This document shows positions 52,872 through 62,993 of a stretch of 64,000 nucleotides of DNA, one piece after another. Made by a program: the position numbers and the translations under genes. This DNA comes from a virus, in IMG/VR virus record IMGVR_UViG_3300047300_001121, positions 17,389 to 81,388 of that record, one strand, 5' to 3'. The notes beneath the pieces are model-generated. The model ran no database searches, was not told where the DNA came from, and saw nothing but the letters and a program-made list of their open reading frames with translations. Position 1 is the stretch's first letter. Each line of letters begins with the position of its first letter.

Positions 52872-53947
52872 TGGTGGCTTCCTTCCACTTGTTGCTCGAG
52901 ACGGTCAACCTTGCGCGCGAGAGCTGCGGTGGCCGCCATGTTGATTCCGTTGAGCGAGACCAAGTCAATCTTCGTGCCGCCGGGAGCTGCTTGCTCGCCC
53001 ATGTTCTTGTTGACGTCCTGAGCCATCGGACCAGCGTGACGGCCGCCATCGCCCATCCCACCCTTGTAGGTCCAGCGCGACACCGGCGTTGCCTTGACGG
53101 CCTGCAGTGCAGCCTCGTCGGAAACGGGCTGAATATCCTTCTTGGCGTTGACGTCGGACAGGCTGTAGGAGGTCTTTGGCATCATCGAGCTTATGAACGC
53201 CAAGTCCTGGCCGCGAGACGTGTTCAGGATGTTGGCCTCAGATCCGAACAGTGCGCCGGCGCTGTTGTTGCCCTGGATGCCCATGCCAAACCCTTGGCCC
53301 ATGAAGTTGGCGCCAGCCATGGTGTTACTGAATCCCGCCTGGCCGGCGTTTGCTGCTCCGGCATTGGCGTTGTTGGCGCCAGCGAAGTAGGCGGCCGACG
53401 TGTTTGGCATGTTGCGGCCGAAGTTCGATGCTCCAGAGCGCAAGGCGATGCCCTTATCGCGGGTTGCTGTGGCGGCACCCGTTGCAGCTCCAGCCGCACC
53501 CAGGGCCTGGGCGCGCTCCGATGCGCCGGCAGGACCAGACATGGCGGTCGACGTCAGGCCGTAGCGGCCGGCCAGGCGAGCCGATTGCCCGCGCACGTTG
53601 CTGAACTGCTGATTGACGTTGGCAGCAGCTTCGCCCGACACGCGCTTGATGTTATCCGCCGAGTCGTAGCTCATGGCGTCGGACACCATCTTCTTCTCGA
53701 CCGGCTGGAACGTGTCCTTGTAGTACTGGTTCTGCTCTTTGGCGAATTGCTTTTGCTGAGCAGAGGTGTCGAGGTAGTCATCGGCCAGGCGACCTGTCAG
53801 CTCGGCTTGCCGCTGTTGAGCAGGCAGGATGTCGTTCTTGTAGGCATCCTTGTAGAAGGCCAATGCTTCGCGCGCAATCTCTGCGTTCGCTCGAGCGGCG
53901 TCATTGATGCCGGAGGTGTCTGGTGCGTCAGGACAAAGGAATGCCAT
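52868..53947 (-). CDS. Ejection protein with C-terminal peptidase S74-like chaperone domain
   Basis: SDVNAKKDI...W.YK...GPMAQDV. Confidence 0.7.
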   Translation of the reverse strand: MAFLCPDAPDTSGINDAARANAEIAREALAFYKDAYKNDILPAQQRQAELTGRLADDYLDTSAQQKQFAKEQNQYYKDTFQPVEKKMVSDAMSYDSADNIKRVSGEAAANVNQQFSNVRGQSARLAGRYGLTSTAMSGPAGASERAQALGAAGAATGAATATRDKGIALRSGASNFGRNMPNTSAAYFAGANNANAGAANAGQAGFSNTMAGANFMGQGFGMGIQGNNSAGALFGSEANILNTSRGQDLAFISSMMPKTSYSLSDVNAKKDIQPVSDEAALQAVKATPVSRWTYKGGMGDGGRHAGPMAQDVNKNMGEQAAPGGTKIDLVSLNGINMAATAALARKVDRLEQQVEGSHQ

Positions 53948-53965
53948 GGTGGTCTCTCTTTTCGA

Positions 53966-54472
53966 TCAGGTGTGAAGGCAGTAATTGCCTCCCGTGCGCT
54001 TCATGCCAAAGTGGGCATACAAGCGCTCAGCTGCCTCGCTTACACCCGACGTGTTGCCAGACATCAGGTGCTTTGCACCCACTTCCTGGGCGCGCTCAAA
54101 AAACTTCTTCATCAGCAGGTATGCAGCGCGTCCTCCGCGATGCTTGGGTGCAACGTAGAAAATCTCGTCGCGCAACGTCACCTCGGGTCCAAACCACGGG
54201 TGACTCACCAGCGTGCCGAGCATGCCGGCAATCTCGCCATTGCGCTCAGCCAGGTACAGCACGCGACTTGGATCGTGACCGAGCCACATGCCGACTCCAT
54301 GGATCGCCATCTCCGGGTCGAACTGGTAGTAACGAAAGTCGGTCTCGGCGTGCATGGCTGCGCACAACTTGAAAACGGCCAAGCGATCCTGCTCGACAGC
54401 AGGACGCACCGTCGTGCGCCCGGTGGGCGTACTGACGCTGGCCGAGGACTCGTTGATCAAAGCAAACCCCAT
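53966..54472 (-). CDS. GNAT acetyltransferase (virion module)
   Basis: FYVAPKHRGG...AERLY..FG. Confidence 0.85.
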   Translation of the reverse strand: MGFALINESSASVSTPTGRTTVRPAVEQDRLAVFKLCAAMHAETDFRYYQFDPEMAIHGVGMWLGHDPSRVLYLAERNGEIAGMLGTLVSHPWFGPEVTLRDEIFYVAPKHRGGRAAYLLMKKFFERAQEVGAKHLMSGNTSGVSEAAERLYAHFGMKRTGGNYCLHT

Positions 54473-54502
54473 TGTTTCAGTCAGGCGATTTTACCCGAAA
54501 AA

Positions 54503-54529
54503 CAACAAATTGTTGACAACTTTTTGTTG
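54503..54529. promoter_or_regulatory. Tandem operators upstream of the ejection-protein genes
   Basis: CAACAAATTGTTG and CAACTTTTTGTTG. Confidence 0.6.
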
Positions 54530-54589
54530 TCGTGGTATACGCGCACAGGCCGCTTGCTTGGTATCGCTTGACCCGTCAACGAAATGTCG

Positions 54590-54859
54590 TCAGACCTCAG
54601 TCCAGTCCAGGTCTGGCAGCTGTTGCGCCAGCACGACATATGCGTGCTCGAGCAAATTCTCAGGGTGTGGGGTGGGGAGCTCAAACGAGTGAACCAGCAG
54701 CTGGTACGGATCACCGCTGCGCTGCCGGTCTTCTTTGCTCTTGTAGCCCATGACGGTCGCTGCGGCCTGGTTGCTCGCCAGGTCGACGGCGATCATCGTA
54801 ATGCGGGCGTACTTCAAAATCTCCCCGTTATACGCGACGTGATTGACTGCAATTCCCAT
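54590..54859 (-). CDS. Tail-fibre-associated protein
   Basis: Coupled to the fibre gene stop. Confidence 0.6.
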   Translation of the reverse strand: MGIAVNHVAYNGEILKYARITMIAVDLASNQAAATVMGYKSKEDRQRSGDPYQLLVHSFELPTPHPENLLEHAYVVLAQQLPDLDWTEV

Positions 54860-57800
54860 CAGATCGACCCTACCACTTTGAAGTTTGCCTTGTAGATGAC
54901 GCGCAAGTACGACTCAACGATGGTTCCATAGTCGTCGTAGTAATACGAGTATTTTTGAACGCTCACATTCCCTGTTGGCTTGGTCCACCCGCTTGACTGA
55001 TACGGAGACAGTACGATGGCGCCTGTCGGTGTTGGAGAGTACCCAACCCAATAGTTGCCGTGCCCATAGGTCCCGATGATGTCGATTGCCCCGCTGGTTG
55101 CGGTTGGCCCCGACCACACAGCCGACCAGTTATAGACGCCGACGGAGAAGTCCGCCTGCAATCCAGATTTTAGGGTCTGGAATTCCGAGGACAACACCAC
55201 CCCGTTCGGGTTGAAGATTTCCACGAACGCGTAGCCGTCGCCGCCATTGCCGCCATTTGATTCGGCACCGCCGCTCACCGAGTCGTATACGGCGCTACGG
55301 TAGCCAATGAAGCCACCATTGGAGAATGCACGGCCGCGAGTTGCCATGCCGCCGCCGCCGCCACCACCGCGAACACCGTTTCCGCCGTTCAAATCGGCGC
55401 GACGCGACTCAGTGAGTGAGTTCCAGTAAACGGTAACTTCTTTGTCGTAGAAACCGCCAAGGCCACCGGAGGAGCCTGGGATGTCGGGCGCAGGAAGACC
55501 GGTTTGACCAGATCCCCAGCCAGCTCCGTCGCCAGCATCCGGGAAACGGAATGAGTGACTGTTTGCGCGATCGACAAGATTGCCGTTGAGGCCACTGTCG
55601 CGGTTGTCGTTGTAGCGGTAGTGACCACCGCCGGCGCCGCCGCTCGCGCTGTATTGCGCATAGAGCGTGCCGTACGGGTCAAAGATCTGCACATACGTCG
55701 GATTGCCTACGCTGCCATCAGCTCCGGCATAGCCACCAGCGCCTCCGGTGCCGATGATGACTTTGACAACATAATCCTTCGGCACATTGGTCAGCGTGAC
55801 CGAGTACTGATTGCCGTAGGAGCCAGACAGTCCGGAGTTCTCGGTGCGAGCATCGGTGTTACCTTGGCCACCACCACCACCACCGCCACCGCCCAGCAGC
55901 TTGACGCGCACCGTGCCGGTGTAGGGCATGGTGACCACGGTCCATGTGCCAGCGGTTGCAAAGGTGAAGGACTGGCCAATCACCGAGTTCAGGTCAACAG
56001 TGCCCGCTGCAAGCGATCCGGCAAAGGTGCCGGTGGCTGCACTAAGAGATCCTGTAAATGTGCCGTTGGCGGCCTCGAGGCTGCCGGAGAACTTGAGGTT
56101 CGATCCATCCCAGGTCAGGTACTTGGAGTTGGCGGTGCCCAGGGAGAGCCTGCCGTCGGATCCGAGGTAGAAGCCGGAGCCGGTGTTCCATGCGGATTGC
56201 CCGGAACGCAGGCCAACGGTGTCGATGGTGACGCCGCCGATCAGACCGCCGTTGGCGTAGATGATGCCGCGCACCGTGAGGTCCGAGCCGTCCCAGGTGA
56301 TGTTCTTGTCGTAGGATCCGGCGCGGAATTTGTAGACGCCGCCGTCGTTACCCAGGAAGAATCCCGTGCCGAAGTTGGTCGACCCAAAGCTGTAGTTGGG
56401 ATTGACGCCACCGTAGAGCTTGCCGGTGTTGACGCTGACGGTAGCCGTCAGGGTGCCGGTGGTGATCTGGTCGGCTGTGACGCTTGCGATTTGCGCGGAG
56501 GTGATCGAGGCGTTGGCGATGACGGCAGACCTGATGTAGACCTTTCCGTTGGTGACCACGAATGGCGCCGTGACCAGCGACACAGCGGAGTTCGCCGTGA
56601 CTGTGTAGCCTCCGTACGAATACGGTGCAATTGCAAACGTTGTTGCTGTGACGGCGCCGACTTGGTGCTGCCCGACAATCTCAGGAACACCGATAATCGA
56701 AACGTAGTCTCCAGTGACGAATCCGTGCGGCACGGAAGTGGTAACCGTCGACCACGAACCCCACCAGGCGGAAGTCATCGCGACCGAGCTGATGGTGACC
56801 TTCGATGAGTCCGGGTTGACAATTGAGAACCGGTCGGCACGCACCATGAAGCTGCTGGTGGGGATGCCATTGACCGTCTCAGAGGCCAAGCCAAACCCGG
56901 CCACGTACCCGTTGTTGTCGATCTTGACGGTGTACTGCGCGAACAGCTTTCCGTCTTCCGAAAGACGAGTTGTTGCCTCCTGGGCAATCGCTGCCGAATA
57001 GGAGACCGGAGCTGGCCGTCCAACAGAGATCCAGTCGATCTCAAATTGGTCCGCCGCAGTGGTGCCGATGTCGAAGCGAATGCTGGTGATGGTGTTGCCA
57101 ACCCAGTCAGCGCCGCCAGCGGTGAGGCTGGACATATCCCACTCGAGCACGCGCCACTCATTGAGCACCGTGGTGTCGGCGATGTGCTTTTTGTACGACT
57201 CGCTGTAATTGTGGGCGGCCGTCTTGTAATAGACGTCACCCTGCCAGGTCGTGCCAGCAAGGCGCTTCACGCGCATGCGCAGGACGTAGTTGGTGGCGCC
57301 AGCCAGGGAAACGGTCGGCGACATCAGCACCGGATCGGTTCCGCTTGAGTTGATGCGAATGGCGCCGTTAGAGCTCGAGATGGTGGCGCCGGTGACCGTG
57401 AACCCTTCTTCGTTGGCGTCGAAGTTCCAGGACTTGCTGACATCGAATCCTCCGCTCAGCGAGGCGGAGAGAATCTGAGATGAGGTGGCGATGGCGCTGT
57501 CGGTCGAGGTCTTGGTGTAGTAGTTGTTCGTCAGCGTGGCGGTCGTTGCGTACGGCCCAAGCGCCGTGCTGATGGCGTTGTTCATCGCCGTCGTCGACAC
57601 CAGGTTCGTGGTCGCCGACGAGATTGCGCTGTCCGCCTGCGTCTTGGTGTAGTAGTCGCTGGTTAGCGTCGCTGTCGTGGCGTACGAGCTCAGAGCATTG
57701 CTGAGCGCCGTGGTCGAAACCAGGTTCTGCGTTGCCGACGAGATGGCGGAATTGGTGTCGGCCTTGGTGTAGTAGTTGTTGACCAGTGTTGCCTGCGAGA

Positions 57801-59436
57801 CCAGGGGCTGCGGCGCGATGCGACCGATGGAGATCCAGTCAATCAGGAATTGATCCTGCGCGGTTGCACCAAGATCGAAGCGGATGTTGATGATGGTTTT
57901 GCCAACCCAGTCGGCCAGGCTCGACATGTCCCACTCAAGGATGCGCCACTCATTCGCGGCTGTGCCATCCGTGATCTGCTTCATGTAGGCCTCGGCCTCA
58001 CCGTGTTCGTCGGTCGAGTAGTAGACCTTGCCGTCCCAGCCTGTGCCGGCAACGCGCTTGATGCGCATGCGCAGCAGGTAGTTCTTGCTTCCCACCAGGC
58101 TGATTGCCGGCGTGCGCAGAGCCGGATCCGTGCCGGATGAGTTGAGCTGAATCGCGCCATTCGACCAGGTCGCCGTAGCGCCAAGCGCCACAAAGCCCTC
58201 AACGGTGGCATCGAAGTTCCAGGTCTGGCCAAACTCCAGGCCGGAGGCGGTCGATTGCAGCGAGTAGATGCTGGACGCGAGAGCTGAATCCGCATTGCTG
58301 CGCGACGTCTCTTCTGACTGAATGGCCGCGCTCAGCGTGGTGTAGTTGTTGCTGACCGTGGTGGTCAGGTTCGTCACGTCGCTGACCACTGATTCCACTG
58401 CGGTGGAGCGCGCGTGGCGCTCCTGGTACAGCAAACCGGCGGTGAGCCCGGCGAGATCGTTGCCGGTGTAGTCGCCGCGCATCTGTGTGGCCAGCAGGCT
58501 GCGCGCAGTCACCTCCGAACCAAGGCCATCTTGCAGGTCGTTGATCTCGAGGGTATGCGCAGCAACAGCATCACCCAGCGAGGCATACTCGCCGATCTTT
58601 TCCCAGTAGGTGGGGTCGGTCGGCAGATGGCCGGTGGTGGTCTGAAGGGAGCGGTACAGCGATCCGTTGTAGGTGACGGTGGCGTTGGCCGGGTACGTGG
58701 TGCTGTTGTTGTAGGCGGGCGTGTTCAGCAGGTCATTGACCTGGGACTGCACGACGGAGATGCGCGCGTTGACGGAGCCGGCGACACTGGAGGGTGCGTC
58801 GATCAGGTCAATGCGGCTCGACAGGGCGGCATTGAGGGTGCTCGCCAGGATCTGCCCCTCGAGCGCAGCGATGACTCGAGTTGGATCTTCGCTGGTCGTG
58901 ACGGCAGTGCCGCTGGTGCCGTTGTAAGCGCCGAAGACGTTGGCCACCGACACGAACCGGATCCAGTAATAGTAGGTCGTGTTTTCCTGAACCGGATCGG
59001 TGTACAGATTGGTTGTACTGGTGCCAACCAGCACGGCATTGCCGAGCACGTCGGTGGTTGACCGCCAGATCTCTGTGTAGGCGTGGTTGCGGTATGGTGC
59101 GCCGTTCCAGCTCAGGTACACATTGGTAAACGTGCCCATGGCAACCAGGCCGGTCGGCTGCGGCGGCGTCGTCATGTCGGTGGCCGGGTTGTAGCCATCC
59201 GGATTGACGCCAGGGACGATCACGGGCAGCGTGCCGCCACCACTGGAGGGCGTGCGGCCGGCGCCGGAGATGACCAGGCTCAGGTCAGTCAGGTCGCGCA
59301 GGGTGACCATCTGGTCGAGCGGATCCCCAATGCGCGCCTCGCGCACGTCGAGCGCGGACTTGATCGCCCGCAAGACATCCTGCACGTTGTCCGCGCGGAT
59401 GTCTGGGATTGCTGGAATTCTGGTTTCGCGCGTCAT
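54859..59436 (-). CDS. Tail fibre / host-specificity protein
   Basis: FN3-like YYYWIRFV; DUF1983-like YTVKID.NGYVAGFGL; internal repeats; Gly-rich tip. Confidence 0.85.
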   Translation of the reverse strand: MTRETRIPAIPDIRADNVQDVLRAIKSALDVREARIGDPLDQMVTLRDLTDLSLVISGAGRTPSSGGGTLPVIVPGVNPDGYNPATDMTTPPQPTGLVAMGTFTNVYLSWNGAPYRNHAYTEIWRSTTDVLGNAVLVGTSTTNLYTDPVQENTTYYYWIRFVSVANVFGAYNGTSGTAVTTSEDPTRVIAALEGQILASTLNAALSSRIDLIDAPSSVAGSVNARISVVQSQVNDLLNTPAYNNSTTYPANATVTYNGSLYRSLQTTTGHLPTDPTYWEKIGEYASLGDAVAAHTLEINDLQDGLGSEVTARSLLATQMRGDYTGNDLAGLTAGLLYQERHARSTAVESVVSDVTNLTTTVSNNYTTLSAAIQSEETSRSNADSALASSIYSLQSTASGLEFGQTWNFDATVEGFVALGATATWSNGAIQLNSSGTDPALRTPAISLVGSKNYLLRMRIKRVAGTGWDGKVYYSTDEHGEAEAYMKQITDGTAANEWRILEWDMSSLADWVGKTIINIRFDLGATAQDQFLIDWISIGRIAPQPLVSQATLVNNYYTKADTNSAISSATQNLVSTTALSNALSSYATTATLTSDYYTKTQADSAISSATTNLVSTTAMNNAISTALGPYATTATLTNNYYTKTSTDSAIATSSQILSASLSGGFDVSKSWNFDANEEGFTVTGATISSSNGAIRINSSGTDPVLMSPTVSLAGATNYVLRMRVKRLAGTTWQGDVYYKTAAHNYSESYKKHIADTTVLNEWRVLEWDMSSLTAGGADWVGNTITSIRFDIGTTAADQFEIDWISVGRPAPVSYSAAIAQEATTRLSEDGKLFAQYTVKIDNNGYVAGFGLASETVNGIPTSSFMVRADRFSIVNPDSSKVTISSVAMTSAWWGSWSTVTTSVPHGFVTGDYVSIIGVPEIVGQHQVGAVTATTFAIAPYSYGGYTVTANSAVSLVTAPFVVTNGKVYIRSAVIANASITSAQIASVTADQITTGTLTATVSVNTGKLYGGVNPNYSFGSTNFGTGFFLGNDGGVYKFRAGSYDKNITWDGSDLTVRGIIYANGGLIGGVTIDTVGLRSGQSAWNTGSGFYLGSDGRLSLGTANSKYLTWDGSNLKFSGSLEAANGTFTGSLSAATGTFAGSLAAGTVDLNSVIGQSFTFATAGTWTVVTMPYTGTVRVKLLGGGGGGGGGQGNTDARTENSGLSGSYGNQYSVTLTNVPKDYVVKVIIGTGGAGGYAGADGSVGNPTYVQIFDPYGTLYAQYSASGGAGGGHYRYNDNRDSGLNGNLVDRANSHSFRFPDAGDGAGWGSGQTGLPAPDIPGSSGGLGGFYDKEVTVYWNSLTESRRADLNGGNGVRGGGGGGGMATRGRAFSNGGFIGYRSAVYDSVSGGAESNGGNGGDGYAFVEIFNPNGVVLSSEFQTLKSGLQADFSVGVYNWSAVWSGPTATSGAIDIIGTYGHGNYWVGYSPTPTGAIVLSPYQSSGWTKPTGNVSVQKYSYYYDDYGTIVESYLRVIYKANFKVVGSI

Positions 59437-61046
59437 ACTTGCTTCAGTTCGGCCATGCTGGTTGCAATGTTCACCTCGGAGACCTCGCCGCCGGCGTCGA
59501 TCTCAAATTCCCACTCCAGAGCGCGGAACCCTGACGGCAGCATGAAGGGCTCATCGCTGGTCACGGTCTTTTCAATGCGCAAGGTGCCGTCGGCATACAC
59601 GCGCAGGTACACCGGGTACGTGCCGGCGCGCACCTGACCGACACCCATGTTCTGCTGCCAGGGCAGGCGGAACCGCTTGCTGCGCCAGGTGGCAAGCCCG
59701 AGGCTCCCGCGATCGAAACGCATGATGCTTGCGTTCTGCGCCAGGTACAGCGTGTCGGTCGTCGGGTCGTAATACCCGGCGGTCATTGGCGTGTACTGAT
59801 TGTAGGTGCAGGTCGTGAGCACGGCGCCCTGGCCGCTGGCGTCGATGATCAGGATGCCGCGCGTGCCGTTGTTGTACAGCAGGTGAATGCGCCCGTTGTA
59901 AAGGTAGGCATCCATGGACGACGGGTTGTAGGCCTGCCACTGCTCGCGGGAAAAGAGCCCTTTTGTGATCACGTCGATGCCGGTGCCAAGCGAAACGTAA
60001 CCATCGGGTGATGGGTAGAGCACGCCGTCACCGGTTTCGATGATGCCGCGCTTGGATGTGCAGGCCTGCGGGACCTCGATCTTGGTCGGCGTCATGGCCG
60101 ACGGATCGGCGCCTTGCAGCAGGAAGGGAAAGGCGGTGGTCAGCACCGCCACGGTCTGACCGTAGGTGGCAATGCCAACGATGTCGAAGTCGATGGTGTA
60201 TTTGTGCGGCCAGGCGTGCGGCATGTTGGGCTCGCTCAGGTACACCGTGCGGCCGGCAAAGCCAACAGCAGCGCCGTTGGCCATCATGCGCAAGCCCTTC
60301 AGGTTGGCCGGAGGCGCAACCCAGCCCTCGGAAGGCAGCACCTCGCCGAGGTTGCCCTGAGAGATCGAGTCGACGTACGTAGCCTGCGCGACCGGGATCT
60401 CGTCGACGTACTGGAACTGAGCAGACGTGCCGACGGTGGACGAGCGGTAGATGCGCTTGAGTGTGATGTTGTAGCTTCCGCCGGGAGCTCCGGGCAGACT
60501 GACCGTGACGTTCTGGTTCGGATTCAGGGCAACCACGGCCGAAGCATCGGACGGAGGCCCTTCTTCGCCGTACGCCGACACGTAGGTCACGACGTAGGTG
60601 CGGCTTTCCGGGATCTCGTTGTCGACGGTCTCGGTGTAGGCGGTGATCGATGGTGCGGCCGGCGCGGGAATGCCGAGCTGGTATGAGGCACCAGGGTAGG
60701 ACGAGCCCGACAGGATCATCGAGTTCGGGGCGTAGCGCGGTGCGACGACGCCATCGGCCCAGTACAGCCGATCGTACTGGTCGTTCGGGATGGGCGAGCG
60801 CATGACGTCGGTGTCATTGACGAACTCGAGCCAGTAGTTGGTCTCGGTCGCGCTCGAGCCGTAGCGGAAAATCGTCTTCGGATTCGAGGTCGTGGTTGAC
60901 TTCAGCGTGGTGGTGCCGCGCATGGGTTCAATGGCGCCGGACACGAGTCGCACGTTCTGCGCAACCTGGGCATCGGTGTCTTGCAACAAATGCGGCCTGA
61001 CAATGGGCTTCAGGCCATTGAAGGCCTTGACTGAAAGAATCGTCAT
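59433..61046 (-). CDS. Tail nozzle/stabilisation protein
   Basis: YVVTYVSAYGEEGPPS; SEPNMPHAWP; WRSKRF. Confidence 0.75.
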   Translation of the reverse strand: MTILSVKAFNGLKPIVRPHLLQDTDAQVAQNVRLVSGAIEPMRGTTTLKSTTTSNPKTIFRYGSSATETNYWLEFVNDTDVMRSPIPNDQYDRLYWADGVVAPRYAPNSMILSGSSYPGASYQLGIPAPAAPSITAYTETVDNEIPESRTYVVTYVSAYGEEGPPSDASAVVALNPNQNVTVSLPGAPGGSYNITLKRIYRSSTVGTSAQFQYVDEIPVAQATYVDSISQGNLGEVLPSEGWVAPPANLKGLRMMANGAAVGFAGRTVYLSEPNMPHAWPHKYTIDFDIVGIATYGQTVAVLTTAFPFLLQGADPSAMTPTKIEVPQACTSKRGIIETGDGVLYPSPDGYVSLGTGIDVITKGLFSREQWQAYNPSSMDAYLYNGRIHLLYNNGTRGILIIDASGQGAVLTTCTYNQYTPMTAGYYDPTTDTLYLAQNASIMRFDRGSLGLATWRSKRFRLPWQQNMGVGQVRAGTYPVYLRVYADGTLRIEKTVTSDEPFMLPSGFRALEWEFEIDAGGEVSEVNIATSMAELKQV

Positions 61047-61058
61047 GAGGATCCCTGC

Positions 61059-62225
61059 TTAGATGCTTTGGAGCATTTCCGGCGTGACGGTGTGGCGTGC
61101 GACCTGGCCATACTCTTTGTGATACGTGATGCTGGTGACCTGGCGCTCGGCCACCCAGCCGCCGCGTGCGGCGTAGGCATCGCGTGCTGCCAGCGTCGGG
61201 TGCTGGATCACGGTGATGCCGGAGTGTTCTTTTTCTTCGACGTGGTGTCGATGGCCGGTGTGGCAGTAGCGCTTGGTCGTGTTGCCCCAGATCTTCGGGA
61301 ACTGGGCGGCAAACAGGATCGGCAGCTGGTCGTTCTTTTTCAGGTGGCCATGATGGAAGGCCAGCATGGTCTTGCCGTGCTCGAGGCAGTAATACGGCAG
61401 CGGCGAGTCGATCACTTGCACCCGCGGCTCGTTCTCGAACAGCGCTTTGAACAGCACCCGCAGCCACACGCTCGAGGCCATGTCGTGGTTGCCCTCGGCC
61501 ATGATCACGACGACGTTGTGGTGCTTGGTCAGGGCCATGGCGATGACCGAGCGCAGCACGCGCACCGCGACTTCGACCACCTTGTTGAAGCGGCCGTCCT
61601 GGTCAAGGATGTGGCCAGAGGTTGGCGTGACGGGAGTCAGGCCATCGCTGTGCAGGAAGTCGCCCAGCTGATTGACGATGCCCACCGATGCCGCCGGCGA
61701 GGCGTTGATCATGGCCTGGAAGCAGCCGGTCAGCACGCGCTCGGCGATCTCGAGGTCCCAGTCCTCGCCGGTCTCGCGATGCCAGGACAGCATGCCGACG
61801 TGTGAGTCGGTCAGGGTGTAGACGGTGGCCAGGTCCGGGGTGCAGATGGACGGCGCTGGAACCGGGTAGGCTCGCGGCACCTCATCGCACAGAGCGTCGA
61901 TTGCGGCCCGCATGGCCTCGAGGCGCCGCTGGTCGTCGATGTTCGCTTTGACCCACTGCCCGGAAGGCTTGCCTTCCTTGTTGTAGTAGGTCGACACACC
62001 CTTGGCGTAGAACATCTCCGGCACCGGCCGGGTGAAGTCATGCTCGGGTGAATAGCCGCGCGCCTGGGCTTTCTTGCGCACGGACTTCAGTGCGCGATGG
62101 ATGACCTTGTGATCCACCCCGCAGGCTCGGGCCGCGGTCCGCAGGCCGCCGTGAGTGTTGACAGCATCGATGTATTCGACCTGCTTGTCGGTTGCAAACT
62201 GCTTCAGGCCTTCATCGATTTTCAT
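61059..62225 (-). CDS. Calcineurin-like metallophosphoesterase with N-terminal HTH
   Basis: DSH, GDFLH, GNHD, HHGH, GHRH. Confidence 0.85.
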   Translation of the reverse strand: MKIDEGLKQFATDKQVEYIDAVNTHGGLRTAARACGVDHKVIHRALKSVRKKAQARGYSPEHDFTRPVPEMFYAKGVSTYYNKEGKPSGQWVKANIDDQRRLEAMRAAIDALCDEVPRAYPVPAPSICTPDLATVYTLTDSHVGMLSWHRETGEDWDLEIAERVLTGCFQAMINASPAASVGIVNQLGDFLHSDGLTPVTPTSGHILDQDGRFNKVVEVAVRVLRSVIAMALTKHHNVVVIMAEGNHDMASSVWLRVLFKALFENEPRVQVIDSPLPYYCLEHGKTMLAFHHGHLKKNDQLPILFAAQFPKIWGNTTKRYCHTGHRHHVEEKEHSGITVIQHPTLAARDAYAARGGWVAERQVTSITYHKEYGQVARHTVTPEMLQSI

Positions 62226-62264
62226 ACTGCTACCTTCCGCCGGCGCTCCCCGCCGACCCTGCAT

Positions 62265-62291
62265 AAAACAAAAAACCCGCCGAAGCGGGTT
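62265..62291 (-). terminator. Intrinsic terminator
   Basis: AACCCGC-TTCG-GCGGGTT followed by a T run. Confidence 0.85.
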
Positions 62292-62300
62292 GGGGTTGGC

Positions 62301-62504
62301 TTAGGCCTTGGCCGGATCGCCTTCGGCATTTTTCGCGGCGGCGTCTTTGGCGGCTTGCTCGGCCGCTTTCTGCGCTGCCTCAAACTGAATAGAGGCTGCG
62401 GTGCGCACCTCGTTTTGCACGCGGCCAGCGTTTTCTTGCACGCGGGCCAAGCCCTCGAGAACGGTGTTGACGTCGTTGACGTCCAGGCTCAGTTGAATTT
62501 GCAT
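62301..62504 (-). CDS. Small hypothetical protein
   Basis: GGAG RBS. Confidence 0.65.
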   Translation of the reverse strand: MQIQLSLDVNDVNTVLEGLARVQENAGRVQNEVRTAASIQFEAAQKAAEQAAKDAAAKNAEGDPAKA

Positions 62505-62598
62505 TTGATGCTCCAGAAAAAATGTACACTTTTTGAAAAGGCCGCTGATTGTACACTTTTCTGGTCATCTCGCAACAGATTGTTGCGTGCAAACAACA

Positions 62599-62967
62599 TC
62601 AAAATACGGACGGCTCGAGAGCGGGCGGTTGCGGTTCGGTCGCCCAAGGTAGAGGCTTGGCAGCCAGCGCAGCCTCGGCGGCCATGCGGGTGACGACCAT
62701 GTCGATGTGAGCACGCATGCCGGGGAATTGTCCGGTGGCCGTGTCCTCGATCGCATTCACCCAGTCGAGGACTTGCTGCTGCGAGAGCTGCGCGTACGGG
62801 GTAAAGTTCTGGGGGTCAACCGGACCCATGGTGGTCTTGCCAGGGAGCTCGAAAGTGGCGCTGCCCTGTACGCCGGTCAAAACCCACTCGACGGCGGTCA
62901 GGATGTCGGTCAAGCCGCCCTCATCTCGAGTGCGAGCTGCGCGGATGGCGAGGGAGAAAGTTGTCAT
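62599..62967 (-). CDS. Tail-associated protein
   Basis: FTPYAQLSQQQVLDWV...LPW. Confidence 0.7.
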   Translation of the reverse strand: MTTFSLAIRAARTRDEGGLTDILTAVEWVLTGVQGSATFELPGKTTMGPVDPQNFTPYAQLSQQQVLDWVNAIEDTATGQFPGMRAHIDMVVTRMAAEAALAAKPLPWATEPQPPALEPSVF

Positions 62968-62993
62968 GGTGTTTCCTTGTCAAGTGAAAATGT

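Noticed and set aside
38866-54571. Long + strand ORFs (449, 599, 445, 722, 566 aa)
   Set aside because: In-register antisense shadows of high-GC3 genes; no RBS or protein motifs
54859-55500. DGR variable region at the tail-fibre tip
   Set aside because: No reverse transcriptase or template repeat in the window
62523-62560. TGTACACTTTT direct repeat as a second operator or SOS box
   Set aside because: Only two copies, overlapping a -10 element; not CTGT-N8-ACAG
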